A DNA stretch of 64,000 bases from an uncultured Candidatus Saccharibacteria bacterium (GCA_964617735.1 CAZTXT010000001.1:532776-596775); one strand, 5' to 3'. Shown: positions 46,499 to 55,353, numbered from the stretch's first letter. Numbers and translations: made by a program. Notes: generated by a model from the sequence alone, not told the origin.

Positions 46499-46786
46499 CT
46501 CCGGGAGCAGGATTCGAACCTGCGACCAATCGCTTACACGTTATCCATTGTTACCAATGGCGTGGACTATATCACCGCCTTAGCAAATAAGCTTTAGGCG
46601 CCCCGGTATCTAGTCTCTACGGCGCCCCCGATTCGAAAATCAGGGTTCCCACGGTATTGCCCGATCCTACATTGCTTTACAATTGGATTTTGGGTTCCAC
46701 CGTTATCCCGGAGTTTTTCAATCCACCTTTCAGTGGAAAGCTGCAATTCCTTACAGGCGACTGCTCTACCGCTGAGCTATCCCGGA
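46499..46786 (-). tRNA. tRNA-Asn(GUU) interrupted by a group I intron (exon 1 46753-46786, exon 2 46499-46536)
   Basis: Exons join to UCCGGGAUAGCUCAGCGGUAGAGCAGUCGCCUGUUAAGCGAUUGGUCGCAGGUUCGAAUCCUGCUCCCGGAG. Cloverleaf has a 7-bp acceptor stem (U1-A72, G73), a GCUC/GAGC D stem, anticodon loop CUGUUAA, and a T-loop UUCGAAU. CCA is not encoded. Confidence 0.75.
46537..46752 (-). ncRNA. group I self-splicing intron (IC3-like, no ORF) in tRNA anticodon loop
   Basis: Contains the R-like GUAGAGACUAGA and S-like GAUAUAGUCC core elements. GCAG near the 5' end can pair with exon CUGU (U.G at the splice site), and the intron ends in G. Confidence 0.75.
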
Positions 46787-46953
46787 GCTCAATTGATATA
46801 CCTATTTATTTCTCAAGAGCAAGGTTCTTAAGCTATCCCGGAATATCGGCATCAATAGTAGCAGAATCTCGATACCAAGAAAAGCTGACCGAAAACGCAT
46901 TGTAATCCGTTCATTTCATCGAACCATCATCACCCAGCCGGTACATTTTAATT

Positions 46954-47373
46954 ATGCTGCATGAATCTGAAGCAGCTAAAGAAACGATATATGTTATGAA
47001 TGCTCAATCCCCACCAAACCTTGGATCAAACCCTGGATCAGAGGACAATTCTAACGATGCTGATGAAAACATCGAGAGAGGACCAATCCAACTGATTCCC
47101 GCCCAAAAGAAAGTCTATTATGCCGGAAAAGAGATCGCTCTGACGGCACGGGAGGCCAAGATCTTGGGCTTCTTGATGCAGAATGCCAACAAGATCATCG
47201 AACGCAAGCAGATTCTTGATTACGTCTGGGGAAGCAGCTTCAACCCGTTCAGCAACGTCGTGGATGTGCATATAAAGAACCTCCGACACAAACTCAATGA
47301 TGAAAAAGAGCAACCCTTGATCGAAACTATCTGGGGTTCGGGATATCGGCTTAGGATCCCTGATAAACTATAG
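46954..47373 (+). CDS. OmpR/PhoB-type winged-helix DNA-binding protein without receiver domain
   Basis: C-terminal trans_reg_C pattern (LTAREAKILGFLMQNANKIIERKQILDYVW...VVDVHIKNLRHKL...GYRL). The N-terminus is low-complexity and has no receiver domain. Confidence 0.6.
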   Translation: MLHESEAAKETIYVMNAQSPPNLGSNPGSEDNSNDADENIERGPIQLIPAQKKVYYAGKEIALTAREAKILGFLMQNANKIIERKQILDYVWGSSFNPFSNVVDVHIKNLRHKLNDEKEQPLIETIWGSGYRLRIPDKL

Positions 47374-47449
47374 CGCGAATGCGGCTTTTATATCCCCCAC
47401 CCTACTCGCGTTCTTTGCATTGTTATGTTAGTATTGAGCAGTCACTGAA

Positions 47450-48637
47450 TTGGAAGATGCTGCACGTCTGATGGCAAAAATCAAAACAACGTTAGCATAT
47501 ATCGGTCTCGGTCTGTTCATCATCGCCTGCGCACTCTCTTTAGCGCAGTTTAATGCGCGTGCAAGCGACGGAGATGAGCGCATTCTGGTCAAATATAAAG
47601 CAGAGAGCTCTGAAGAACAGATCGCGAAATTCGACAAGAAGTTCGGCTCTGATCTAGAAGAAATAATTCCCAAGCTGGGCGTGCGTATCGTAAGCGTTCC
47701 CGCAAACCTCGAGCGCGAAATAATCGGCAAACTCAAAAAGTATGCGCTCGTCGAATATGCCGAACCGGACGCCTTGGCCCAGGCCCTCTTCGTGCCGAAC
47801 GACCCGTATCTCCCCAATGAATGGGGTCTGGTAAATATCCATGCAACCAATGCATGGGATGTCGCTACCGGCACGTCGACAGTTAAGATCGCTATCCTCG
47901 ATACGGGCATCGATTATGACCACGGTGATCTCAAAAGCAAGGTCGTCTCGAACACCAATTTCACTGCCAGCAAATCGGCTACGGACCGCAACGGGCACGG
48001 CACCCATGTCGCCGGCATCGCTGCAGCGACGACGAACAATGCGCGCGGCGTCGCGAGCATCGGCTACTCATCCTCACTGATGAACGTCAAAGTCCTCTCC
48101 GACAACGGGAGCGGCTACTACTCATGGATCGCCAACGGAATAATTTTCGCCGCCGATAACGGCGCAAAAGTCATCAACATGAGCCTGGGCGGGAGCAGTG
48201 CTTCGCAGACCCTACAAGATGCTATCGACTACGCATGGTCAAAAGGCGTCGTGATCGTCGCTGCAGCTGGCAATAACAACAATAGCACGCCGAGCTACCC
48301 CGCATACTACGCCCACGTCATCGCCGTAGGCGCCACCGACGAAAATGACAGTCGCGCCAGCTTCTCTAACTTCGGCGACTGGGTAGATGTCGCGGCTCCT
48401 GGAGTCAATATCCTCTCCACCTATCCGCATATAGGCCGCACGGACCGTTATGCATATCTAAGTGGCACTTCGATGGCTTCGCCCTTCGTCGCCGGCCTTG
48501 CGGCGCTGGTATGGAATACTGCGTCCGGAACCGACAACCAGACCGTCCGAGACCGAATAGAGAACACTGCCGATACGCTCCCGACTTCCTGGACTACACA
48601 CGGCCTCATCGACGCCGCTAAAGCCGTTACGTTTTAA
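47450..48637 (+). CDS. secreted subtilisin-like serine protease (peptidase S8) with propeptide
   Basis: Signal peptide, an I9-like propeptide, and the catalytic triad motifs DTGID, HGTHVAG and GTSMASP. Confidence 0.85.
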   Translation: MEDAARLMAKIKTTLAYIGLGLFIIACALSLAQFNARASDGDERILVKYKAESSEEQIAKFDKKFGSDLEEIIPKLGVRIVSVPANLEREIIGKLKKYALVEYAEPDALAQALFVPNDPYLPNEWGLVNIHATNAWDVATGTSTVKIAILDTGIDYDHGDLKSKVVSNTNFTASKSATDRNGHGTHVAGIAAATTNNARGVASIGYSSSLMNVKVLSDNGSGYYSWIANGIIFAADNGAKVINMSLGGSSASQTLQDAIDYAWSKGVVIVAAAGNNNNSTPSYPAYYAHVIAVGATDENDSRASFSNFGDWVDVAAPGVNILSTYPHIGRTDRYAYLSGTSMASPFVAGLAALVWNTASGTDNQTVRDRIENTADTLPTSWTTHGLIDAAKAVTF

Positions 48638-48759
48638 GTTCTATCTTCTCAACGCAACGCCATCGATGGGCGTTTTTTACTGGCAGAAATTGACAGAAGT
48701 GTAGCTGGTGTGGTACTATCTTTCTTGGAAAAGATCCACCATCAACGAAAGGATCAAGT

Positions 48760-49170
48760 ATGAAAATCTGTTCTTTGTTAGCTGTTTTGTTGAGCGCATT
48801 AGTAGTATGCAGCTGTAGCACAATCCCTCCCCTAGAATTGGGAAAACTCCCTCGAGATTCAGTAACGATACAAAACTCGACCCGATATCATCTTCATGTG
48901 TACCGAAACGGCGACCCTTGGGTGGTTCCCTACTACGAGGGTACACGCTATAAGCTACCGATCGTAGTCAATCCATGGCAAGTGGTCACGCTATCAAACT
49001 GCACCGCTGCGCGTTTCGGCTCGAGCGTACGCATGGGCCTGCAAGCATTCAGGGTTGGACATGTCGGGTGCGTGGTGTTTGACCAGAAGATCGGACAGAC
49101 CGAAAAGCTGCTGCAGCTGGGCACCAACGCCCCGGCGCATATAGTACGGGTTATGCGAAGGGATTTTTGA
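48760..49170 (+). CDS. small lipoprotein
   Basis: MKICSLLAVLLSALVVCSCS lipobox-like signal. 136 aa. Confidence 0.45.
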   Translation: MKICSLLAVLLSALVVCSCSTIPPLELGKLPRDSVTIQNSTRYHLHVYRNGDPWVVPYYEGTRYKLPIVVNPWQVVTLSNCTAARFGSSVRMGLQAFRVGHVGCVVFDQKIGQTEKLLQLGTNAPAHIVRVMRRDF

Positions 49171-49295
49171 GACTGGAGTACAAACAATTCAGACAACGAG
49201 AGGAGTGATCCTCTCGTTTTTGTATCTCCCATTATCCACAACCAAACGTACCTCAGCTAAAAAAATGCGATAATGAAGATGCAGTAACACTACCC

Positions 49296-52200
49296 ATGCA
49301 TATACGCCGCGCTTCAGTGTTAGTTTTTTTAGGCATTCTCTCGCTCTTGAGCCTGTCAGCGCTCTTCTTCCTTCTACCTTCCGCTCCCGCACAAGCCGCA
49401 TGCGGCCATACTACCGAGTTTATTCCCTACCCAGACCCAAATGGCCCGGCGTACCTACCCAAAATCGGCTGGTTCGAACCGATCGGAAAATACTACAGTC
49501 CCTTCACCTATACCAATAACCTGCAGACGCCGACGATCCTCCCCCCGCCGGCGAATGGTTCGATGTGGGTCTATTACGATGACTGCGAGAGCTCTCCAAG
49601 CACTTCAACGATCAGCATCGGGGGAACCGATATACGCTGGACTGAAGCCAATACCTCCGGCACGCAATCATACGAGCCTCTGGCAAGCGTGCCGGTCGGC
49701 GGGTTTGGACCTAATCAACCCTACAACAACACCTGCGACCCCAGCAGATATTACTGTTACTGCCATATCTTAGGGAGTATAGCGTGTGTCTTGCAAGAAG
49801 GGTATTCGACCATCGGCTACTCAAATTATAGCGCCGACGGAGACATTCCTGCGGGAGAGCGGCAGACAAATAAGGGCTGGATCACTTCGGTACAAGATAT
49901 AAACCATTCTCTCGCAAGCCTCGTGGGTACCTCGACCCTAGAAGAAGATCAGTGGCTTGATAAGATTTCCCAGGAGAATACCGTGGGAGTCAGGGTGGAT
50001 ACTCCCGGCATCGGCTCCCACGTTTTTGACGTTCCATATACGAATTGCCTCATTGATGACGGAGTGAGCTTTCGAGCTCCCTATCCCGCCGAAATCAACG
50101 ACAAAACAAAAAACAAAGTGGTGTTCGTGCGCGGCAAGAGCGATTCAAATATCAATTATTTTATCACCAATGTTAATAAGGCAATCCAGGACGGTTTCTA
50201 TTCCGTTGACCCATTCAAGACGTATAAAGACAATTTTTCTTTCTATGTTGACCTCGATAAAATAGATGACTCGAACGTGCCCCTTGAAACCGTTTTCTTA
50301 AATGGGACTACTACGAGCTTCTTTCAACCCATTTTTGACACTGTGGTGCGGCTCACTTCAAGCTGCAGCGGGCTGCACGGCGGCACAGGAGATTCCTTTT
50401 ATATCTTCTATGTCGACCAACGCACTAGACCCCAATTATACCCAGGGTACTCTCGCACGGTTGCATATATTGATGATTCTCTCACAGACCTTACTCTAAC
50501 GACGTTGCACGAGTTTGGACATCAATTCGCTTCTCTCAACGATGAATACGAGAAATCAGTATATGGTGTTTTACCCGGAAGTTTCTTCGGGACATCGATT
50601 TTTGCGGAAAACTGTACCTCATTCCCCCGAACTAAATACAGAAATTCTTCAAACAACAAAGTGTACGGTTCACTTCAAAATACAGGGTGTGCATACATCA
50701 GTAATCTACCGGCCCCTAAACCCGATCCGCAGTATTACTTTAGACCCTCCATTGACAGCATTATGCGTTCTACGAGTCCCGCAGGAAGAAAATTCAATAT
50801 CATTGATTGCGGCTACATTATGGCAGCGATGTTTGGAGAGCCACACACCAAAGCTAATGCGGAGAAGTACTGGCCAGCGGTGGCTAAATCGCCCATAGGA
50901 AACATCAAAGGATGCGCGGCAATGGATGTGGATAGCGATGGCGTTCCTCCCCCAAACCTGTCAACTCCTGCATTCACCACTCCTTCCTCTTCGTCTGCAG
51001 CTCCCGGCCAATCGCTTACGGTGACTGGCTCTAACTTCACCCCAACTGACAATGCCGCCCATTTCACGAACATCGACAGCGGGCAGACCCAAGGGATAAG
51101 CATTGCTGACCCGAACTGGAACCTGACCGGTCATTGGGGCTTGGCCTTTGGATATCTGTTCGGAAACGGTGCCGCGGACTCATACCCGGCAAATGATACT
51201 GCAACCGCCACGGCACCGACGCTTAACCTGCTCGCTCACAATGCGGCGCGGCAAGCTACCCTACACTTCACCTCAAGCTGTTCCACTGAAACTTCCGACC
51301 CTGCAACCGGAAATTCCGACTACCTCGCGCTCGAGTGGAGCGGCGACGGTCTGCACTGGGGTCAAACCGCGCGGTGGAACACGTTCACTGACGGCTCTGC
51401 GCCCTCGGTGCATAATCTGCCTATCCCCTCTGCGCTCATAACTTCGAGCTTCGCCTTCCGTTTCCGGTGGGTCACGAATGCAACAGACAATAATCACAAC
51501 GGCTGCGGGATCAAGGATATATCGGTCACTGCTCCCGAACTCTCTTATGAAGTACTCGGCATCCCATCGCCGGATGGCACACACCTCACCTTTAAAATCC
51601 CGACCACGACACCTGATGGCGCAACGACTACCCCCGACGGATTCTCTGCCGTGCCCGTAGCCGGGCAGTATAAGCTCAAGCTCGGCGCATTCAATTCCGA
51701 CTGGTCAAATTCTCTACCGTTCACGATTCTGGGAGGAACCCCGCCGCCCGTACTCAACGCTCTGACTCCTTCTACCAGCGCGGCAGGAAATGCAGTGGAA
51801 CTAGAGGGTCGAAACCTGAAGTCGGGAACGTACGTCACCCTCTCCCGAGCAGGCATTCCGGCACTCACACTAACCGGCGAAAGCCACGCAGGCGGCAAGT
51901 ATTTCGATATCACCCTACCCGCCACTCTTGTAAGCGGAATCTATCAGCTCACCGCGACCAACGGAGGAGTGGCGAGCAACGCCCTTACCCTCACCGTAGT
52001 CGGTCCCCCCACCATCACGCTCTCGGCTTCTCAACTCGCCATTGCTGTAGGACAATCCGTTACGGTTTCGTGGAGCACGACAGACGCCACTACCTGTCAG
52101 GCGACGGTCAATGGCTCCAGCAGCGCGATCGCCCTGTCGGGTACTGCTGTGCTGACGCCGACGACTACCCTCTCCATCTCGCTCACCTGCACCGGTATCG

Positions 52201-53129
52201 GCGGCAGCAACAACAGAAGCATCACCATTACCGTAGTACCACCGCCGACGATCACTCTCTCGGCTACCCCCATCCCGGTCCTTTTGGGTGGAACTGCGAC
52301 AATCTCATGGAGCAGCACTAATGCGACGGGCTGCGCGGCAGCGGGAGCCTGGAGCGGCGCGCTTCCTCCCTCCGGCGCCACCTCCACTGCACAAATCAAC
52401 ACTCCGACCACCCGCACCTACACGCTCACCTGCACCGGAGTGGGTGGTACTACTACCCAGAGCTTTGCCCTACCGGTCGTCTCGCTCACTGCAGTGAGTA
52501 CCGACCAGGGTAGCTACCACGTCGGCAATCCGATGGATATCAACTGGAGAAGCACGAACCTCGCCTCCCCCATCGCCCTCTACCTCTTCGATTACAAAGA
52601 CCTGCACCTGGTGCTTCCCATCGCCTCGAACCTCCCCAACAGCGGCTCGTACACCTGGACCATCTCTGACGCGGTTGATACTGCAAACGACACCATCTAT
52701 CGCATCCGCGTTACCAGCTCCGCCCCGCTCCTCTACACCCAGACTAGCCCGGTGGAGATCCTCCCCGCCCTCCCTTCGATCACCCTCTTAGCGTCGCTCA
52801 AAACCATCGACATCGGCAAGTCCACGACGCTTGACTGGACTACGACACACGCTCTTTCCTGCCAGGGCACCACCGACCGCGGCGACCTGCCCGGCTGGAG
52901 TACTCCAGGACTCTCGGGATCTTTTACCTACACCGCAACTGCCCAAACCGGCCCCAGCATCACCTTCACGCTCACCTGCACGGGAGATGGGGGAACGGCA
53001 AGCCAGTCGGTACAGATTACGGTCAATGCAAGCCCCGCCCGAAACCATTCACCATTGAGCTTCCTCGCCGCACTCGTAGCGGCAGTACAGCGGGTGCTTG
53101 AGGGACTGACGGGCTCACTGTCGCGGTAA
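49296..53129 (+). CDS. giant secreted HExxH zinc metallopeptidase-like protein (M64-like motif) with IPT/TIG domain and three tandem Ig-like repeats
   Basis: Signal peptide; HEFGHQFASLNDEY near residue 400; IPT-like VLNALTPSTSAAGNAVELEGRNL; three repeats of about 95 aa each carrying T(L/V)SWS...C...TYTLTCTGxGG. Confidence 0.6.
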   Translation: MHIRRASVLVFLGILSLLSLSALFFLLPSAPAQAACGHTTEFIPYPDPNGPAYLPKIGWFEPIGKYYSPFTYTNNLQTPTILPPPANGSMWVYYDDCESSPSTSTISIGGTDIRWTEANTSGTQSYEPLASVPVGGFGPNQPYNNTCDPSRYYCYCHILGSIACVLQEGYSTIGYSNYSADGDIPAGERQTNKGWITSVQDINHSLASLVGTSTLEEDQWLDKISQENTVGVRVDTPGIGSHVFDVPYTNCLIDDGVSFRAPYPAEINDKTKNKVVFVRGKSDSNINYFITNVNKAIQDGFYSVDPFKTYKDNFSFYVDLDKIDDSNVPLETVFLNGTTTSFFQPIFDTVVRLTSSCSGLHGGTGDSFYIFYVDQRTRPQLYPGYSRTVAYIDDSLTDLTLTTLHEFGHQFASLNDEYEKSVYGVLPGSFFGTSIFAENCTSFPRTKYRNSSNNKVYGSLQNTGCAYISNLPAPKPDPQYYFRPSIDSIMRSTSPAGRKFNIIDCGYIMAAMFGEPHTKANAEKYWPAVAKSPIGNIKGCAAMDVDSDGVPPPNLSTPAFTTPSSSSAAPGQSLTVTGSNFTPTDNAAHFTNIDSGQTQGISIADPNWNLTGHWGLAFGYLFGNGAADSYPANDTATATAPTLNLLAHNAARQATLHFTSSCSTETSDPATGNSDYLALEWSGDGLHWGQTARWNTFTDGSAPSVHNLPIPSALITSSFAFRFRWVTNATDNNHNGCGIKDISVTAPELSYEVLGIPSPDGTHLTFKIPTTTPDGATTTPDGFSAVPVAGQYKLKLGAFNSDWSNSLPFTILGGTPPPVLNALTPSTSAAGNAVELEGRNLKSGTYVTLSRAGIPALTLTGESHAGGKYFDITLPATLVSGIYQLTATNGGVASNALTLTVVGPPTITLSASQLAIAVGQSVTVSWSTTDATTCQATVNGSSSAIALSGTAVLTPTTTLSISLTCTGIGGSNNRSITITVVPPPTITLSATPIPVLLGGTATISWSSTNATGCAAAGAWSGALPPSGATSTAQINTPTTRTYTLTCTGVGGTTTQSFALPVVSLTAVSTDQGSYHVGNPMDINWRSTNLASPIALYLFDYKDLHLVLPIASNLPNSGSYTWTISDAVDTANDTIYRIRVTSSAPLLYTQTSPVEILPALPSITLLASLKTIDIGKSTTLDWTTTHALSCQGTTDRGDLPGWSTPGLSGSFTYTATAQTGPSITFTLTCTGDGGTASQSVQITVNASPARNHSPLSFLAALVAAVQRVLEGLTGSLSR

Positions 53130-53362
53130 CAGGGAAAACCCTTGAAAAAATCTTTGGGATGTGTTAAAAGGTAGCACCATGAACCCGAAGAAGATCCTTT
53201 TTCTCGTGCTTGCCCCTCTCTATATACCGATGGCGGTGTTTCTTTTTCTTACCTTCGAATGGTGGAGCAATCTATGGGTTAAGGAATAGAAAAGACCCGT
53301 TTATAGGGCTGATTGAGAAAATCCACTCCGTCTGCATGGGATGGATTTTCTCAACGTATTAT

Positions 53363-53698
53363 TTACTTGGAGAAACCGAATGAACGGCGGGCAAGCCGAA
53401 CTTTCCGCACCGCTTCATAGAAAAAATACAGCGACGCAAGGGTAGACGCCCCTAGGAGCACCTGTACCCTCCATTCTGTGTGCAATACCGCCGAGAGTAG
53501 ATATTGCAGAAAGGATCCTGTGGCGAGCATCCCTTCGGCATTGGTATAGATGTTGCCGAAAGAAACCAACATGCTCAAGAGGACGAATGCTCCTCCCACC
53601 ACTGCGGCCTCCACGAGAAACGGCCGCGACATCGAGCGCATGAAAAAGATCAGCCGTACCCGCTGCATGATCGCTTCTAGTAATCGCGATTCGTACAT
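53363..53698 (-). CDS. putative membrane anti-sigma factor
   Basis: 111 aa with two TM helices. Its start lies 1 nt after the ECF sigma stop. Confidence 0.4.
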   Translation of the reverse strand: MYESRLLEAIMQRVRLIFFMRSMSRPFLVEAAVVGGAFVLLSMLVSFGNIYTNAEGMLATGSFLQYLLSAVLHTEWRVQVLLGASTLASLYFFYEAVRKVRLARRSFGFSK

Positions 53699-53699
53699 A

Positions 53700-54287
53700 T
53701 TATTGTACCGTTATATAAACTTGGGTGAATACTTTGCGTGCGCGGTGAAGCCGCGTCCGTATCGCACCCACCGATACTCGCTCGCGCTCCGCAACATCTT
53801 TGAGACTCTTCCCCAATAACACCAGCTGGCGCAACACTGATGAGAGCTGCTCCGGCATGCGTGAGAGAACGGAAAGGAAGGTATCCCTCGAAAGTCGGTG
53901 TTCCATACCATCGAGGTGTGCCGTTTCAAGAAGCGTCTCATCGAAGGCTTCGGACACATAGATCCGCTCGCGCGCCTTTTTGCGATAAACCGTCAGACAC
54001 GTATTGATGAGAATACGGTACGCCCATGACTGAAAAGACGCACCCGGCACTTTTCTAAACCGCTTGCCGTTGATGTATATTTTCACGAACGCTTCCTGCA
54101 CCGCATCCTCCGCATCCGCGGAAGTTTTCAGGATCGAGCCGGCTTTCCTCAAGAAGGCTGCACGATACCGCGCAACCAGTTCCGCGAACCGCTCCGGATC
54201 GGACTCTATAGATATCTGCAGAAGCTCCTCGTCCCTAAGACGAGCTTTGGCTTCTACTACTGCGCTCTCATTGAGGAGATTGGTCAT
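53700..54287 (-). CDS. RNA polymerase sigma factor, ECF (sigma-70 group 4)
   Basis: Region 2 (AFVKIYI...FQSWAYRILINTCL) and region 4 HTH (LGKSLKDVAERERVSVGAIRTRLHRA). Confidence 0.8.
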   Translation of the reverse strand: MTNLLNESAVVEAKARLRDEELLQISIESDPERFAELVARYRAAFLRKAGSILKTSADAEDAVQEAFVKIYINGKRFRKVPGASFQSWAYRILINTCLTVYRKKARERIYVSEAFDETLLETAHLDGMEHRLSRDTFLSVLSRMPEQLSSVLRQLVLLGKSLKDVAERERVSVGAIRTRLHRARKVFTQVYITVQ

Positions 54288-54870
54288 GTACCGTACCGCC
54301 CGCCTTGAACCGGAAGGCCAAGGCGGGGCGAAGCGCTAGTAAATTCGACCATATACCCAGTATAACATCTCGTCGCGGCGAAACATTACATAAAAAAGGC
54401 CGCGCAGTCTTTGAGTTTGGCCTCATAGTTACTGCGCGGTTTGAACTTTGGGGAAAGAGTCTTGTTGATGGTAGACATAACCCACGACCGTCGATATCTT
54501 CCAACCCCCTCGCGGCTTCGACCTAAGGGGGATGTTGCAGTCGAGGAAATACCCCAGCCTGTCCAGAATAGGCCTGATCAGGTCAGACCCGATGGCCGTC
54601 TCGTCACTGAGATCAGCAATAGAGCGGTGTGGACCAAGCTCTACCACAATGGACTTTACCAATCCCCGCACCCGATTTCGACTAAGGTGCTCGCGGGTAT
54701 GCCCGTTTAAGTTTGGATTCATAAGAGGTACTACACTTTAAAACGCGTCACACAAACGCGTAATTACTGCGCTTATAATACTTAAAGTCTTCCCCCAGTC
54801 AAGTGCGGCCGATGACGAAAGCAAAAAACGCCCAACTTGGGCGTTTCTTGCTAATGTGACCAGCAGAGGC

Positions 54871-55143
54871 TTAGAAGCTTCTGCGAGGCGCCTGCTCGGT
54901 GCGCGGTCGGGCCTCATTGACCCGAAGAGCGCGGCCGTCAAGATCCTTTCCGTCCCACATTTCAATAGCTTTCTGGGCATCGGCATCCTCCATAGTGACG
55001 AAACCGAAACCGCGTGACTTTCCCGTCATGCGATCCGTCATCACCATGGCTTCTGAAACCGATCCAGCTTGGGAAAAAGCATCGCGCAGACCGTTATCAT
55101 CGGTCTTCCACGACAAATTCCCTACATACAACTTTTTAGCCAT
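54871..55143 (-). CDS. RRM-type RNA-binding protein
   Basis: RNP2 KLYVGNL and RNP1 RGFGFVTM motifs. 90 aa. Confidence 0.75.
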   Translation of the reverse strand: MAKKLYVGNLSWKTDDNGLRDAFSQAGSVSEAMVMTDRMTGKSRGFGFVTMEDADAQKAIEMWDGKDLDGRALRVNEARPRTEQAPRRSF

Positions 55144-55353
55144 GAATTGTCTGTCAGTTAACTTTCATAGCGCGACCTTCCCAAATTCGCGCCAATTCAG
55201 GGCCGATATTCGAGAACCACTACGATGCTGCCATTATACATTAAACTCATGAATTTGCAATAGCCTCATCATTGATGTTCAAAAACCCCTTTCCCTGCTT
55301 CACTGATCGCAACAGATCTGTAAGAGACAAAAAACCGTCATTGCGCTACAATC

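Noticed and set aside
46499-46786. Reading the split tRNA as tRNA-Tyr(GUA) with an intron at canonical position 37/38
   Set aside because: This reading puts A before the 5' splice site and A before the 3' exon, which violates the group I U/G rule. The 5-nt variable loop also does not fit bacterial class II tRNA-Tyr. The Asn(GUU) parse satisfies both. Left as a flagged ambiguity.
46790-46950. A second tRNA or tRNA fragment upstream of tRNA-Asn suggested by the 12-mer repeat
   Set aside because: The flanking sequence has no D-loop or T-loop consensus, so only the 12-nt acceptor/D-stem segment is duplicated.
53179-53351. 36-aa hydrophobic ORF (MNPKKILFLVLAPLYIPMAVFLFLTFEWWSNLWVKE) and inverted repeat GAGAAAATCCA...TGGATTTTCTC after the giant protein gene
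   Set aside because: It is plausible as a small membrane peptide plus a convergent-gene terminator. However, the peptide has no SD or conservation evidence, and the hairpin lacks a U-run. Too weak to list as features.
54429-54722. 97-aa minus-strand ORF resembling an HU/IHF-type nucleoid protein
   Set aside because: It shows superficial similarity only (an ELG..RSIADL-like stretch). The GFG.F beta-arm signature and RNP motifs are absent, and an equally long ORF exists on the opposite strand. Not called.
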